The notes under the pieces: model-generated | Told to the model about the DNA's origin: nothing | Database searches by the model: none | The model's input: the letters and a program-made list of their open reading frames with translations, nothing else | Shown here: in pieces, positions 61,421-64,000 of the stretch | Layout: each line of letters starts with the position of its first letter | Numbering within the stretch: the first letter of the stretch is position 1 | NCBI RefSeq assembly: GCF_000372725.1 | Contig: NW_005201092.1 | Coordinates: 775,833 to 839,832, forward strand | Length of the DNA stretch: 64,000 nucleotides | DNA from: Emiliania huxleyi CCMP1516 | Lineage: Eukaryota | Reading direction: 5' to 3' | Program-made: the position numbers and the translations under genes

Positions 61421-62637
61421 CGAGGGCCTTGGGCTGCTCGACAGATCAAGGAGCCCCCACGGCAAGGCGCATATAGGAACCGAGCACTGTCACGCTAACC
61501 TCGGAATGTACACCAGAATGGCTGTGCATGCTCCTTCACAGCCATCTTACCTAAGGATGGCTGAGCTAGCTGCAGTGCAGCCACATCCTTCAGCCCGATG
61601 GCTGCAACACACACACAGCAGCCATCCTTAGTAGACATGGCTGGAGACGCACTACCGCAGCCAAGGCCTCACTGACTGGTTCCTCAAGCTCGCCGAGAAG
61701 CTGCTGAACAAGCCACCGCCTTCACCCTCTCCTCCATCCGCTCCTGGACTCCCTCTTTGTAAGTACAACATCTTAGTACTCGGTCATTCCCATTGCGTTG
61801 ATTTGAGCTGCACGAGAGCAATGCCGCAGGCGGTGGCCGTGGCATACACTGCGAACTCGACCGCCTCTCTCCCAGTCCCTCAGGCCTTCGGGCATCCCTT
61901 TGCGGTACGCACTCTCAATCTGCTGCAGCGCGGGTTTGCAGTCGCATAGTACTAAGCCTTAGATTCTAAGCACCGTCTCGACTGCGCGTCGCTCGCGCTC
62001 GCCATTTTGCGTAGGTATGCGAGTATCGCGTACATCTCCGCGTCTAAGGATTTTAAAGGCCTAGGTAGGCCCTAATGAATCCACCCCGAAAAATGGGGTC
62101 GTCGGTCATGCGCAGCTCAAGCGCGCTGTTGCTGCCCGAGTTGCGGTCACGTCCCCGAAATCTTCGCCGGCCCCGCCAGCTCGACCAACTGGACCGCCGA
62201 GAGGCTGGGCTTGGCCGGCGGCGCGACGCGTGGCCTCTGCTGCGGCCATCTCGGACGTTCAAGCGGCGCCAGCCAGCGGCTTGGCCGCGCATCCTTCACA
62301 CACGCCGCCACGACCGGGATGAGCGGGCCCGGTGTCGAGTCATGGTGCGAGCTGCATGTGAGGGGCGGCTGTGGCCACAGCAGGTCCACCAGACGGGCGT
62401 CAAAGCTTGCCGTCGGCGTGCTGTCGTGGGGGGTGCCCGACACGCATTGAGAGGAGCCGAGTGCAGTGGCGAGCCAAAGGCTGCCTGGGTCACCAAGTGA
62501 TAGCCCTTGCCAATTCTGAGCAGGGCTGTGCTTTGGTGGGGTTGTGTTTGAGCATGTGTGAAGTGGGAGTGCGTGCCGGCGGTGTCTGTGGCTGAAACGG
62601 GCGTGTGTGAGGCTGCAGCGCCGTGGTATGAGCCAGA

Positions 62638-63148
62638 GTGAGCTTCATCACCCAAGATAAGTGCGGTTTGGGACGGCTCAGGCTTGATACTGATGGGCCT
62701 GGGCCAGGAGAGCGACAGAGAAGGCGAGGTGGTGAGCTGGGAAGCCGCTTTGTCGGCACCTGGACGTGTCGCGATGAAGTGCCAAAAAGTACTATTTGCG
62801 GCTATTGCTCAAAACTTCGGGAGATAAGGCCTACATATTATGACTGCATCCATGCGCCTGGTGTATGAGGGCTGCGGGACGAGACATATCACGGTCGGTG
62901 GCGCCGATGATGACCTCCGGAAAGCCCTCGCAATCGCCTCGGATGGGGTCCACCGGAGACAATCCCGAGCCCTCTCCGTGGCATCACGAGCCGGTGTGAG
63001 CTTGCAGACCCAAGGTAAGTGCGGTTTGGGACGGCTCAGACTTACTACTGGTGGGCCTGGGCCAGGAGGGCGACAGAGAAGGCGAGGTGGTGAGCTGAGA
63101 GGCTGGAGCGTCCGCGTGTGACCTTGTCGCGATGCAAGTGCCAAAAAG
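62638..63148 (+). repeat. Two ~150 bp diverged direct repeats (62638-62789, 62996-63148)
   Basis: Both contain TAAGTGCGGTTTGGGACGGCTCAG..GCGACAGAGAAGGCGAGGTGGTGAGCTG..GTGCCAAAAAG. Confidence 0.8.
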
Positions 63149-63166
63149 CGCTATTTCCTGCTCGAG

Positions 63167-64000
63167 AACGGTGGCACCGCACTTATTCTCGCCGCCTGCT
63201 TCAACCGCCCCGCCGTCGTGCTGCAACTGCTGCGGGCGGGCGCAGACATGGCGATGCGCGATGCGGCGGGCAAGACAGCGCTGCAGTGGGCCAAGGAGAA
63301 GGGCCACCCCGAGTGCGTCCAGGCCTTCAGGACGCATCTCGGGCAGGTGGCGGCGGGCCGGAGCAAGGCACCGTCGGCTGAGGCAGGCGGCGCAGGCGCG
63401 GCGGAGGATGCGAGTGCCGCCGCCTCTGCTTCGAGCGGCGAGGGAGGTGCGGGGGCGGCGCTGAGCAGCAGCGGGGCAGTGCCAGTGGAGGTTGTGCAAG
63501 CGGCCAAGGGAGGCGACGAGGCGGTGCTGGCGTGGCTCGACGGCGGCGGGCAGGTCAACGCGAGATTCGAGTACGTCTTTTCGGACGGCGAGCGCGTGAG
63601 CGGCGTGACGCTGCTGATGCTCGCAATGACGCGTGGCCACGAGGGGCTGGCCGAGGCGCTGCTCCAGCGCGGTGCTGATCTCTCGTTGAAGGCTAGCGAC
63701 GACGACACCGCGCTGAGTCTCGCCGCCGCGAACGGCCGCGAGAAGCTGGTCGAGTTGGCGCTGCGGCACGGCGCGGAGATCAACCAGCAAACTACTCTCT
63801 GCAGCACCGCGCTGATGGGCGCCGCCGCAGACGGCCACGAGAAAGTGGTCGACTCAGGTGCGGAGATCGACCTGCAAGACAACATCGGCGACACCGCGCT
63901 GATTCGGGCCGCTTTCTACGGCCACCTCGCCGCCCTCCTCTGCTTGCTACGGACGGCAAGACCGCGCTGCAGTTTGCCAAGGACAAGGGCCACGCCGAGT
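63167..64000 (+). pseudogene. Ankyrin-repeat gene, 5'-truncated with internal deletions; runs off the window end
   Basis: NGGTALILAA..GKTALQWAKEKGH..TLLMLA..DTALSLAAANG..TALMGAAADGH. Deletion near 63853 and frameshift near 63952. Confidence 0.75.

Overview
GC-rich eukaryotic draft scaffold with three 100-N gaps. Short GC/GT/GA-AG introns filled with 7-22 bp minisatellites and the gene families present suggest a haptophyte such as Emiliania/Gephyrocapsa (inference). Recognisable genes: cyclin A, RecQ helicase, choline/ethanolamine kinase, GLTP, an FkbM methyltransferase, two SGNH-type esterases, SET, TPR, DUF6314, a YacP/NYN-like nuclease, an F-box/cytochrome-b5 fusion, and a J-domain sitting inside an EcsC-like domain. 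There is also an intronless ADP-ribosyltransferase-ankyrin-LRR protein, and three intronless F-box-RCC1 genes plus a relic. Mobile DNA includes several non-autonomous TIR elements (one nested, one inserted on a start codon), two CRE-like retrotransposon relics and a structured ~140 bp dispersed repeat. Three signals stand out: (1) many introns begin with a degenerate copy of the next exon and/or end with a copy of the previous exon, suggesting intron birth by tandem duplication; (2) the F-box-RCC1 propellers have near-invariant DNA frameworks but hypervariable surface codons and exchanged blades; (3) the ART-ANK-LRR receptor/effector-like architecture. All gene models are by eye and need RNA-seq confirmation.
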